Assembly (NCBI GenBank): GCA_947313855.1
Contig: CAMZNS010000017.1
Location: forward strand, 12,555 to 76,554
Direction of reading: 5' to 3'
DNA from: an uncultured Deferribacteraceae bacterium
Lineage (GTDB): Bacteria; Chrysiogenota; Deferribacteres; CAMZNJ01
DNA: 64,000 bases
Of the stretch, positions 1 through 8,831 are shown one piece after another. The notes under the pieces are model-generated. The model did not search any database and was not told where the DNA came from. It saw only the letters and a list, made by a program, of their open reading frames with translations. The first letter of the stretch is position 1. Every line of letters begins with the position of its first letter. The translations under genes were made by a program, and so were the position numbers.

Positions 1-125
1 TCTGGAAGCCGTACACGAACAACACGCCCATGCACCTCTGTAAGTTTCGCTGGAATATTAGATTGTTTGTTTTTACCCCCATCAGGTGAAGCACTCTGCA
101 CCGAGGGTATAATCCTTATATCCAT
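1..125 (-). CDS. 5' fragment of a hypothetical protein running off the window start
   Basis: ATG at 125 opens MDIRIIPSVQSASPDGGKNKQSNIPAKLTEVHGRVVRVRLP with no stop before base 1; no recognisable motif. Confidence 0.35.
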   Translation of the reverse strand, partial: MDIRIIPSVQSASPDGGKNKQSNIPAKLTEVHGRVVRVRLP

Positions 126-306
126 ACTTAAAATATCGGTGAGGATAAGGTTTACTTGAGCTTTTTCTGAAAACAGTTAACAAAAAGATGATTTTTTGTG
201 GAAACACATAGACGAAAGTGACCGAACAAAGGGTGTACAGTAGTCGCAAAACATAGTGCAATACTACACAAAAAAAGGAGTACTGCTCTGTTGTAACAAG
301 TTGTAC

Positions 307-1245
307 CTACTTCTGAGCTTGGAGGGTGTTGAAAACAGTGGATAGCATGGTGTCCATACCACCAAGGGGAACCATGTTCGCACCATCTGACAATGCCACA
401 TCAGGGTTCGGGTGAGTCTCGAAAAAGAACCCCTTAATACCGATGGACGCTGCCATGTTAGCATAATACGGAACATACTCCCTGTTGCCACCAGAGGAAT
501 CGCCCAACGACGACGGCTTCTGTACACTGTGAGTTGCATCTAAAATCAGGGGGATATTCGCCAATGACTCCATGTTGCCCATGTCGATCAAGTTGCGAAA
601 ATCAAGAACCAGATCACCGTAACCCATCATAGTCCCACGCTCCGTAAGCATAACCTTAGAATTACCACTCTCAACAACCTTCTGAACAGGGTTGACCATG
701 TTGGCACCGCTCAGAAACTGTGCCTTCTTGATATTCACAATGGCACCCGTCTTCGCCGAAGCAACAAGAAGATCGGTTTGACGACATAAAAATGCTGGTA
801 TCTGAATAATATCCGCAACCTCTGAGATGGCGTCCGCCTGATGGCTTTCGTGAATGTCAGTAACAATGGGAACGCCAAACTGTGTTTTTATCTTGGACAA
901 CACCTCTAAGCCTGCATCCAACCCCGGACCACGATGGGAATTGATGGACGTTCGGTTCGCCTTGTCGAATGAGCTCTTGAACACATAAACAAACCCGTAT
1001 TTAGCAGAAAGCTCCACCATCACCTCGCAAACTTGGCTCATGATGTCGTAGTCTTCGATGACACAGGTGCCCGCAAGAATAAAGGGGCGAGTTTGTAGGT
1101 TAGCGTAAAGTGCGTCTAGGGTTTCGACGTTCCTCGCGTTGTTGCTACCGCTACTGCCGCGACTACTGTGACTGCTACCGCTACTGCTGTGACTGCTACC
1201 GCTACTGCCGCTACTGCCGCTACTACTGTGACTGCTATGCATCAT
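307..1245 (-). CDS. kdsA: 3-deoxy-D-manno-octulosonate 8-phosphate synthase (metal-dependent type) with Ser/Gly/His-rich N-terminal extension
   Basis: Motifs AGTCVIE, FKSSFDKANRTS, QIPAFLCRQTDLL, LTERG, DATHSVQ, FFETHP..ALSDG; Cys/His/Glu/Asp metal ligands present; SD-like GAGGTG 8 nt upstream of ATG 1245. Confidence 0.95.
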   Translation of the reverse strand: MMHSSHSSSGSSGSSGSSHSSSGSSHSSRGSSGSNNARNVETLDALYANLQTRPFILAGTCVIEDYDIMSQVCEVMVELSAKYGFVYVFKSSFDKANRTSINSHRGPGLDAGLEVLSKIKTQFGVPIVTDIHESHQADAISEVADIIQIPAFLCRQTDLLVASAKTGAIVNIKKAQFLSGANMVNPVQKVVESGNSKVMLTERGTMMGYGDLVLDFRNLIDMGNMESLANIPLILDATHSVQKPSSLGDSSGGNREYVPYYANMAASIGIKGFFFETHPNPDVALSDGANMVPLGGMDTMLSTVFNTLQAQK

Positions 1246-1283
1246 TACTACTGCACCTCAACGGGCTAATATGTTTGTGTTCC

Positions 1284-2687
1284 TTAAAAGTATACATTCA
1301 GAGCCGTTGCAAACGATGTTGCATTTGTGGGGTACACATCTTTGAAGCTACCTCTGTTGGTTTCTGCGGTTACGCCAACATTGAAGTAGTTATTGATGAG
1401 GTATTCGGCGTGTGCTGAGAATTGGCTAGATTTGTCGGTTGGAACGTACGAGTAGGACGATTTGAATCGGAATCGTGAGTACAGTTCGTATTCAATGCCG
1501 GCGGTGACAACCTTGGCGTCGATATCCACATCTTCATCGTCCTCGGAGCCTTTGACCTCTTCCAAAACATCTTCCATGGCTTTGTTGGCGGAGTCTTGGA
1601 AGTAGTATTCAGCTGTGAGTCTCAGGTTGCCGCTGGAATATTCCGTCCCTGTTGATACCTGGTAAAAGAGTGGGTTTCCGTTCGGTTTCCCCTCTGGTGC
1701 AGTAAAGTTTACCTCCCGATTGAGGAAGTTGGATTCAGAGTCAGAGAGTTCGTTTGCACCGCTATTGAAGTAGGATATTTGGTGCATAGCCCCTTCGACG
1801 TAGAATCCGAAGGAGTAGAAGTGTTTTTCCAGGGAGCCACCGCCGTAGTTGCTTCGAGTTATCTTGCAGAGGTAGCCCACGTCCGTACCTAGCAGTCCGC
1901 AACGATTGATGGTGCCACCTTGGAGCTGAACGTCCACAGCTTCGGCATTAAGATTGGAGCGTACCATGATGGTTTTGCTACTTTCGTTGGTGGATAGTCC
2001 GTAGACAACGTTTATTTCGGAGAGCCCCACAGGGATATCCATACGCATAACGTCGATTCCGTAGCGGTATTCGGAGTTGAGGTAGATATTGTAGACGTCC
2101 AAGGGTGAGTACACGTTTGATGTACCGAGCCCAACGGGTTGGCGACCAACCTTGAGGTTAAAGTATGGTGATGGGATGTTTAGGTAAAGCCAGTCCATGT
2201 CGAAGTAGTAAATACCGGCTCCGTTGGGGAGGTATCCAGCTTTAGTAAAGTCTGCAATGCGATAGGTGGTATCGTTACGATTAACGTTCGCGGGGGCATC
2301 GTATGCGGGGAAATACTTGCTTGTTAGTAGGAAGGAGTCGTAAATAAATACTGCGTCAAAGCGATCCCCATCCTTGTCGTAAGGGTCAACTTCCCTTATT
2401 TGCAAAGCGATAGCACCCAACGTTGGTTGAGCGACAAAGCGTATGTAGTCGCCACCGATATCGAAAAGGAGTCTGTTGCCTGCCTCGAACTTGTTTGCAC
2501 GTGTTTCGAAGTAGTCGGTAAAGTCGATACCAATGCTTGTTGTCGACAGGTCAAGCATTGTGTCGGTGCCGATACTTGCGTAGTACCCATCTCCGTACTC
2601 TAGTGTTATTCCATATGCAGGCACTGCAGCGAAAGCTATCGTTGTACTAATTAGTAGTAAAATTAAATTCTTTTTCATTGCCATCAT
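1284..2687 (-). CDS. Putative outer-membrane beta-barrel protein (start uncertain: 2702/2687/2678)
   Basis: Signal peptide MKKNLILLLISTTIAFAA; aromatic alternating strands; GRQPVGLG motif; C-terminal Phe (ALNVYF); last gene of the LolA-like/ABC operon. Confidence 0.7.
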   Translation of the reverse strand: MMAMKKNLILLLISTTIAFAAVPAYGITLEYGDGYYASIGTDTMLDLSTTSIGIDFTDYFETRANKFEAGNRLLFDIGGDYIRFVAQPTLGAIALQIREVDPYDKDGDRFDAVFIYDSFLLTSKYFPAYDAPANVNRNDTTYRIADFTKAGYLPNGAGIYYFDMDWLYLNIPSPYFNLKVGRQPVGLGTSNVYSPLDVYNIYLNSEYRYGIDVMRMDIPVGLSEINVVYGLSTNESSKTIMVRSNLNAEAVDVQLQGGTINRCGLLGTDVGYLCKITRSNYGGGSLEKHFYSFGFYVEGAMHQISYFNSGANELSDSESNFLNREVNFTAPEGKPNGNPLFYQVSTGTEYSSGNLRLTAEYYFQDSANKAMEDVLEEVKGSEDDEDVDIDAKVVTAGIEYELYSRFRFKSSYSYVPTDKSSQFSAHAEYLINNYFNVGVTAETNRGSFKDVYPTNATSFATALNVYF

Positions 2688-3357
2688 AGTGAATTTGCCC
2701 ATCCCTTAACCATATTAATCTATCGCAATAACTCATTACGTCTTTGTCGTGTGTGGAGATTAGAAATGTAATCCCACTTGTTTTGTTTAGTTGACTAACG
2801 AGCTCCAGAAAACTTTCCGAGGTTTTTGAGTCCAAGTTTGCAGTGGGTTCATCCGCAAGGATAATCGCAGGGCTTGAAGCCAGTGCTCGTGCAATCGCAA
2901 CACGTTGTTGTTGTCCGCCAGAGAGTTGACGCGGATACCGACTCTGCAGGTCAGCAATACCGACGGAGTCCAACGCCTCCAACGCCATGGCACGACGTTC
3001 ACTGCGTGGCACCCCTTGAATAGTCAGAACATACTCGGCATTCTCAACGGCGGTTAAAACAGGGATAAGGTTGTAGCTCTGAAAAATAAACCCCATTTTG
3101 TGGCGACGTAGTGCACTTTGTTGATGGCTTGTGTACCCTGTTGTGAGGTCGTCATCGACGTAGATAACGCCGCTAGTGGGGGAATCCAGTGCACCGATGA
3201 GGTTGAGTAGTGTGGATTTCCCGCTACCGGAGGGGCCACCCATGGCAGTCAGCTCACCGGCTGTTATCTCCAAAGAGACGTCGTTGACGGCAAGAACCTC
3301 AACATCACCCTGTTTGTAAATTTTACTCACGCCTTCAAGCTTTATAATAGACTTCAT
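2647..3357 (-). CDS. ABC transporter ATP-binding protein, LolD/MacB-like
   Basis: Walker A GPSGSGKS, signature LSGGQQQR, Walker B IILADEPT, H-loop STHD; SD GGTGGAG before ATG 3357. Confidence 0.93.
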   Translation of the reverse strand: MKSIIKLEGVSKIYKQGDVEVLAVNDVSLEITAGELTAMGGPSGSGKSTLLNLIGALDSPTSGVIYVDDDLTTGYTSHQQSALRRHKMGFIFQSYNLIPVLTAVENAEYVLTIQGVPRSERRAMALEALDSVGIADLQSRYPRQLSGGQQQRVAIARALASSPAIILADEPTANLDSKTSESFLELVSQLNKTSGITFLISTHDKDVMSYCDRLIWLRDGQIHYDGNEKEFNFTTN

Positions 3358-3420
3358 ACAAACTCCACCATATTCCAGCACATGGCTCTATAAACAAGTA
3401 CTAGCGTACTTTAATTGTTA

Positions 3421-5055
3421 TCATGACCTATCTGTTATATCAACATCTGTACATTTCTTCACGCCAACAAGATTTAAAACGGCAGATGCCACCCAGATAT
3501 AAATAAATGTTCCCCAGAAGTTGGACATACTTAGCCTAGCGTAAACACGTAGGTCGGAGAATTGGAAAAACAGCTCCGATATTTCGGACAAATTGAGTAT
3601 CTTAGCAAAATCAACACCGATACGCGAAAGGGGGATTAGCAACAAAAACGTTAGCAGGCTACCGATTACAGCACCCAAGAAACCGTAAAGAACACCCTCG
3701 ATCAAAATCTGCAAGCGTAAATAGGTTGGCGAAGAGCCCAACGAGAGGATTGTGGAAAATTCCCGTCTACGCTCAAAAACAGACAACAGAAATATATTCA
3801 AAATACCAAGGATTATCAAAAATATGAGCATGTACGTAATAACCTTGACCAATGCCCTGTCAAACGCAATAAACGACACTATCTCAGGCTTAATCTCATC
3901 CCAGCGGAAAACAGTGCGGGTATCCGTATTAAGGTAGCTCATGGCCGAATAAATACGCGGTAAGTTCTCAACAGCATCTATCTCAAGACCGATACGAGTG
4001 TACTCATCAGGCTCCATACCCAAAAGGGATCGAAGAGTCTCGCGATTGGTCAAAACAACACCGTCATCGTACTCACTACCACTTGTATCAAGAATCCCGT
4101 ATACGCGAAGGGATCGCATGCTCAACTCGCCACTCTTATCGCTAGCACCAACAACAACCCTACTACCAACACGAAGATTCAGCTTCTCAGCCAAATCAAC
4201 ACCGATAACAATGCGATTAGTCGTGGTCTCATCGATAAACTGACCGTCAACAATGCGACTCTTCAACGGAATAACCTGATCGAACATATCAAAATCTGTG
4301 GCACGAATGGAAACACTCTTGGTATTGTATGGCGACTGAACCACACCCGTTGCCAAAACATACGGCTTCACATAAGTAACACCCTTGATATTCGCAATCT
4401 CATCCAACTCACTTGCAGAAATATTAATGGTGTTGCCGTTGGACGGATACTCGTAGTAGGTAGGACTCTGAACAACAACAAAACCCTCGGTCGCCTTTAT
4501 GTTTTCAGAGATGAGCTTGTGGAAAAAACCTTCGCCGAGGCTAAGCCAAACCATGGTAAACGCCATACCAGCAGCAAGAGTTAGTATAATCGCAAGGGAG
4601 CGAAGCCTGTTACGCACCATGGTACGTATTGCCAAGCGGAAGATCATGGCGAGGTTGCTGCCAACGCCACCATGTTGCTCGGTGCCCTTGGGTTTGTGGG
4701 GCACTGACGCTGACGCTGACGCTGATGACGGCACTAACGCTGACGCTGATGACGGCACTGACGCTGATGACGGCACTGACGCTGACGCTGACGCTGATGA
4801 CGGCACTGACGCTGATGACGGCACTGACGCTGACGCTGATGACGGCACCGACGCTGATGACGGCACTGACGCTGACGCTGATGACGGCACTGACGCTGAC
4901 GCTGATGACGGCACCGACGCTGACGACGGCACTGACGCTGATGACGGCACTGACGAATGGGAATCGCTATGGCTGCCGCTACCATTATGATTATGATTAT
5001 GCTTATTCTTATCCTTATCGATGCGTCCTTCCAAGTTACTCTCGGGTCTAGCCAT
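3421..5055 (-). CDS. ABC transporter permease, LolE/FtsX (MacB-PCD) family, with ~135-aa low-complexity N-terminal extension
   Basis: LAIRTMVRNRLRS TM1 lead-in, periplasmic domain, ERRREFSTILSLG motif; ATG 5055 has GGGGG SD and overlaps the upstream stop. Confidence 0.88.
   Translation of the reverse strand: MARPESNLEGRIDKDKNKHNHNHNGSGSHSDSHSSVPSSASVPSSASVPSSASASVPSSASASVPSSASVPSSASASVPSSASVPSSASASASVPSSASVPSSASALVPSSASASASVPHKPKGTEQHGGVGSNLAMIFRLAIRTMVRNRLRSLAIILTLAAGMAFTMVWLSLGEGFFHKLISENIKATEGFVVVQSPTYYEYPSNGNTINISASELDEIANIKGVTYVKPYVLATGVVQSPYNTKSVSIRATDFDMFDQVIPLKSRIVDGQFIDETTTNRIVIGVDLAEKLNLRVGSRVVVGASDKSGELSMRSLRVYGILDTSGSEYDDGVVLTNRETLRSLLGMEPDEYTRIGLEIDAVENLPRIYSAMSYLNTDTRTVFRWDEIKPEIVSFIAFDRALVKVITYMLIFLIILGILNIFLLSVFERRREFSTILSLGSSPTYLRLQILIEGVLYGFLGAVIGSLLTFLLLIPLSRIGVDFAKILNLSEISELFFQFSDLRVYARLSMSNFWGTFIYIWVASAVLNLVGVKKCTDVDITDRS
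4700..4955. repeat. In-frame tandem array of 6/18/24-bp units (GACGCT; GATGACGGCACTGACGCT) encoding (SA)n-SVPS repeats
   Basis: Read directly from sequence. Confidence 0.95.
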
Positions 5056-6274
5056 GCTGCAACCCCCTGACAGTATCAATACGTAAAACCTTCCAGGCAG
5101 GATAAAGGGACGTCACCAAAACGATACCCATAATCGACAAGGGCACCGTAATGTAAAGAGACGGAACAACAGCGCCGTACAGCAACGGATCGAAGTAAAC
5201 GCCACCCAATGAAACAACAGGCAGCACGTTGGAGAAATCTATGCCAACAATCTTGATGTAAACATTAATCGGTATCGCAATCGCTATGCCAACAACAATA
5301 CCCACAGATGACACAAATAACGCCTCAAGGGACGTCATTATAAATAAGTAGTGGGGACGTGTGCCCAACGCACTCATAATTGCGTACTCGCGAATACGCT
5401 CATTTACCGAAATAATCATCAAATTGAGAATACCGATGGCAACCGCAAGACCGAAAATCACCACATATAAATAAACAAAACCGTCAAGAAGCTGAAACAT
5501 CTGATTAAGGGAGGGATTCGACTCGTACCAACGCAAAATCTCATCCACATTGCCAAGCTCACCATTCAAAGCCACAAGCTTATCGTAAAACGGCTCCAAA
5601 GCAACCGAAGGCATATTGAAAACAATCTCATGGGGGAGATCGTTTGTGCGAAATAGATCCTGAAACTCAATACGTGGCATGAAAACAGCAACGCGATCAG
5701 ACTCCTCGTTCAAAGGACCAAAAATACCACGAACATGATAGATCTCATTGGCAAAAGAACCATCATAAGCAGATCCGAGAAATACTAGTTCGCTACCAAG
5801 ACTCAAATTGAGATACTGTGCAAGAACACGACCAACAACTATCCCCTTAGGATCATCATCCGAGATAAATTCACCCTGAAGAACGCTGTTGGGAACAACA
5901 GTTGTGCTGGACTCATCAGCGGGGTTCACCGCAACAATAGCAACACCAGTGGAGAGGGTATCGGACGAACCAAGACCGGAAGCATAACTACGCACAGAAT
6001 AAGAAATACCCTCAGACTCAGCAAGGGCTATGTAAGATTCATTAGCCAAAATAGGCTCATAAATACTGTTGGTATCGCTAAATAAGTTTGAACGTACGGC
6101 AATCTTACCGATAATATCGGTGAGGTCATCCTCAGTTTTGAAAATGAAACCACTAATCAAGGACTGGAATACTATAATCAAAGCCGTCGCAATAGCAACA
6201 GCCACAACCATAATACTACTCCGAGTAGGGTTACGCAAAACATTTCGTGCTGCAATAAATGGAACTTGTCTCAT
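5048..6274 (-). CDS. ABC transporter permease, LolE/FtsX (MacB-PCD) family
   Basis: IAARNVLRNPTRS, ERIREYAIMSALG, C-terminal SLYPAWKVLRID; paralog of 3421-5055. Confidence 0.9.
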   Translation of the reverse strand: MRQVPFIAARNVLRNPTRSSIMVVAVAIATALIIVFQSLISGFIFKTEDDLTDIIGKIAVRSNLFSDTNSIYEPILANESYIALAESEGISYSVRSYASGLGSSDTLSTGVAIVAVNPADESSTTVVPNSVLQGEFISDDDPKGIVVGRVLAQYLNLSLGSELVFLGSAYDGSFANEIYHVRGIFGPLNEESDRVAVFMPRIEFQDLFRTNDLPHEIVFNMPSVALEPFYDKLVALNGELGNVDEILRWYESNPSLNQMFQLLDGFVYLYVVIFGLAVAIGILNLMIISVNERIREYAIMSALGTRPHYLFIMTSLEALFVSSVGIVVGIAIAIPINVYIKIVGIDFSNVLPVVSLGGVYFDPLLYGAVVPSLYITVPLSIMGIVLVTSLYPAWKVLRIDTVRGLQHG

Positions 6275-6444
6275 AATAACTATTATACTAACTAACAACA
6301 AGGGGCCATGTCAATACAAAATATAATAAAAATAGCTATCCATGGGAATATTTTACTAAGAATAATTTCGTGGCAACGAAGAACCATGCCAACGACGACA
6401 CCAGTCACAGCAACGCCAGAAACAAGGAGCCAGCCCGCGAAACT

Positions 6445-7212
6445 CTAGCGTATGCGACGAATGTTAGTTAACGAGAAGAAGTTGCGAGCAATCGGAGTAT
6501 CAAACACTAGCGAATCGTACTGAAAAACAGTGTACTGACCCTCCACTAACTCATTGGTAGCAACAATACGAAGAGGGGTTAGCTTCCCATCAATCTCCTG
6601 CACATCAGAAAACTTCTTAACACGCACAATCTCACCGAGATCGTCGTAGTATTCTTCGGTCACAGGGAGTCCGGTCTTAGGCGATACATGAAGAACCACC
6701 TTATCCCAGATGATTGCAGAATCTTTGTCGGGGATGCACTGCAAGGTCTGTTCAACACGATCGTCCCGCGTCACCTCACAAACGTAGTCTTCAGTAAATG
6801 TGTTCGACTCAACAAGGTCGTTGTTGGTGATATCACTCCCCATCCAGCCGTCGTCCATGAGGGATGATGGCACTTTGATAATTCTGTCGGTTTTAGGGAG
6901 GTAGTTGTAAACAAGGTCATCAACCATTAGGGTTGCTGTGCCCCTATCGATCCTAGGTTGGTCAACCATGACGATAAAATTGTCCGTACCTTCACTCCAA
7001 GTGCGTAGGGATAGGGTTCGGGTAAACCTAGAGTTATGAATGGTCATCGTTGCCTTGCCTTTAGTGGTTTCGGAGCGAAATAAGTTGTCCACACCCTTCA
7101 ATATCTCCAGTGCACGTGCATCGGTGGTTTTGCCCAACGAAACTGACGGGGCAAAAGAGAACGTGAATAAGAGCAGGGCAACAGCAACGCTAAAAGCAAT
7201 AACATGACGCAT
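6445..7212 (-). CDS. Outer-membrane lipoprotein-sorting protein (LolA-like fold)
   Basis: Signal peptide; GTATLM..YNYLPK..RII..SS...WMGSDITNNDL and C-terminal FFSLTNIRR pattern typical of the LolA_like family; adjacent ABC genes. Confidence 0.8.
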   Translation of the reverse strand: MRHVIAFSVAVALLLFTFSFAPSVSLGKTTDARALEILKGVDNLFRSETTKGKATMTIHNSRFTRTLSLRTWSEGTDNFIVMVDQPRIDRGTATLMVDDLVYNYLPKTDRIIKVPSSLMDDGWMGSDITNNDLVESNTFTEDYVCEVTRDDRVEQTLQCIPDKDSAIIWDKVVLHVSPKTGLPVTEEYYDDLGEIVRVKKFSDVQEIDGKLTPLRIVATNELVEGQYTVFQYDSLVFDTPIARNFFSLTNIRRIR

Positions 7213-7380
7213 GCAACTAGACCCAAAGCGAGCCAAACCATAAACCTCAACACCAAAATATCCGAACATAGACGAACCCTCTTCAATAAACTAAGACTAT
7301 TTTATTACTACAACAATATTGAATCGTTAAGAAAACCCCTCTGACCAGTGCAACAAAAGACCATAATATTAACAATACCG

Positions 7381-7409
7381 ATTATAATTGTTCCCCTAAC
7401 TTATGTCAA
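7381..7409 (-). promoter_or_regulatory. Consensus sigma70 promoter for the LolA-like/ABC/OMP(/kdsA) operon
   Basis: TTGACA-17 nt-TATAAT, perfect match on the minus strand. Confidence 0.85.
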
Positions 7410-7712
7410 GGGGGTATTGTAGATTACGGGCACCGCAAGCATACAGCAAGCTAAAAATTTAGTAACTTATCGTTAAATCACTCGGCAACCTATTTCGGCA
7501 ACCCATTCACTAGCTCGCCGGTAGCTCACAGTCGGCTCATCACCAATTAACACAATACCGCATAATTTGCACTTAGTCAACAATAATAAATATTCCCTGA
7601 ATACTTTTTTAATATTTATTGTTTAGTACCACCTTTTACCGCGAAATGATACCATCGACTTAGGGCTTAGTTGCTACACCCCGCACATTAATTCCTTATT
7701 TTTATGTTTACA

Positions 7713-7728
7713 TGGCATATTTTTTGCT
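7713..7728 (+). promoter_or_regulatory. sigma54 (-24/-12) promoter upstream of the triheme cytochrome
   Basis: TGGCAT-ATTTT-TTGCT; GG-N10-GC spacing exact. Confidence 0.7.
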
Positions 7729-7802
7729 CAACAAACTCCATGACGCTCCATGACGCTCCTCTACGCTATTGAATATATTTCAAAAACCTGATATTATTTT
7801 TA

Positions 7803-7856
7803 TTGAGCAACTGTCTCGGCTTGAGCAACTGTCTCGGCTTGAGCAACTGCCTCGGC
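7803..7856. repeat. 3 x 18-bp tandem repeat TTGAGCAACTG(T/C)CTCGGC
   Basis: Read directly; lies in the cytochrome 5' region. Confidence 0.9.
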
Positions 7857-7890
7857 GTTTAAACAATTATCTCAGTTTGGTGCACAAATT

Positions 7891-8724
7891 ATGAAAAAAT
7901 ACGCTATCTTCCTTATTATTGTTCTTGCGACGATGGCAATGGGTATTGCCGCTCAAACGAGTATCCCCGACTCCCTTCGCAAGTACTACCCACCATACTC
8001 CCACAACTACGAGTTTTACAACAACATGCGTAATCAGGAGATCGCTTTGATGTCCCTCAAGGATGGTATCGATCGAGGCGATTGGGCGACAATCGAAAAG
8101 TGGTCATTGTCACTCAGCTTTCTCAACCAAAGAGCCAACGCCATGGTTCCTGAGTGGAAGGACTACGAACGCGATCGCACCTACGTGGAGCTACTGAAGA
8201 TTATCAACAGCAACGACTCCGCAAACAGGGATATCGGTCAGGTATCCACCCTCTACAATGCCGTCGTTGTTTCGTGCGATTCCTGCCACACCGTCAATCT
8301 TGCCAACACAAAACGTGTGTTCTACTCCAACTTCGTCGACAAAAACACAACCATTTTGAGCAACTACAACAAGCAGGTCTACACATACAAGTCGTACATG
8401 GACTTCGTAAACAGCAACCTCAAGGGGATGGTTGTAGCATCCCTGAGCAATAACTGGCGTAGCTCTGCACAGAAGTTTAACGCATTCTTCTCCTCTTATG
8501 AGCAGCTTGAGGAAACTTGTGCTTCATGCCACAGTGATCAGGCGAGTATCGACCGGTTTTTCGGTAAAAGTTACCTACGCCAAAAAGCACGTATCCAGCT
8601 CGATATTTCCAAGCGTTTGTCGGACAACCTGTCATACGATGTTCGTAGTTTTGAGGACAACTATTGTCAGAGCTGTCACAACACGCATAGGTGGACGGAT
8701 CCCGCCCTTTTCGACAGAAAATAG
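7891..8724 (+). CDS. Periplasmic triheme cytochrome c (helical, cytochrome c'-like)
   Basis: Signal peptide; three CXXCH motifs (CDSCH 8275, CASCH 8518, CQSCH 8665); IPDSLRKYYPP N-terminal motif. Confidence 0.88.
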   Translation: MKKYAIFLIIVLATMAMGIAAQTSIPDSLRKYYPPYSHNYEFYNNMRNQEIALMSLKDGIDRGDWATIEKWSLSLSFLNQRANAMVPEWKDYERDRTYVELLKIINSNDSANRDIGQVSTLYNAVVVSCDSCHTVNLANTKRVFYSNFVDKNTTILSNYNKQVYTYKSYMDFVNSNLKGMVVASLSNNWRSSAQKFNAFFSSYEQLEETCASCHSDQASIDRFFGKSYLRQKARIQLDISKRLSDNLSYDVRSFEDNYCQSCHNTHRWTDPALFDRK

Positions 8725-8755
8725 CCGCTTTTTTCAAAAAAAATAGAATTTTTTA

Positions 8756-8784
8756 TTGATATTGCATACCTCTAAGTATATAGT
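8756..8784 (+). promoter_or_regulatory. Putative sigma70 promoter for TPR-dut-trmI-surE-TPR
   Basis: TTGATA-17 nt-TATAGT. Confidence 0.55.
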
Positions 8785-8831
8785 ACTATTTGTACTGGGT
8801 GTACTATACATATTTGAGCAACGAGGTGTGT

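Noticed and set aside
6296-6447. In-frame hydrophobic 50-codon continuation after the LolA-like TAG (read-through)
   Set aside because: G/T-rich strand yields hydrophobic codons by chance; the protein already ends at the family's usual C-terminus; no recoding signal
7769-7783. FNR/CRP-type site TTGAA..TTCAA
   Set aside because: Spacing is one base too long and half-sites do not match TTGAT/ATCAA
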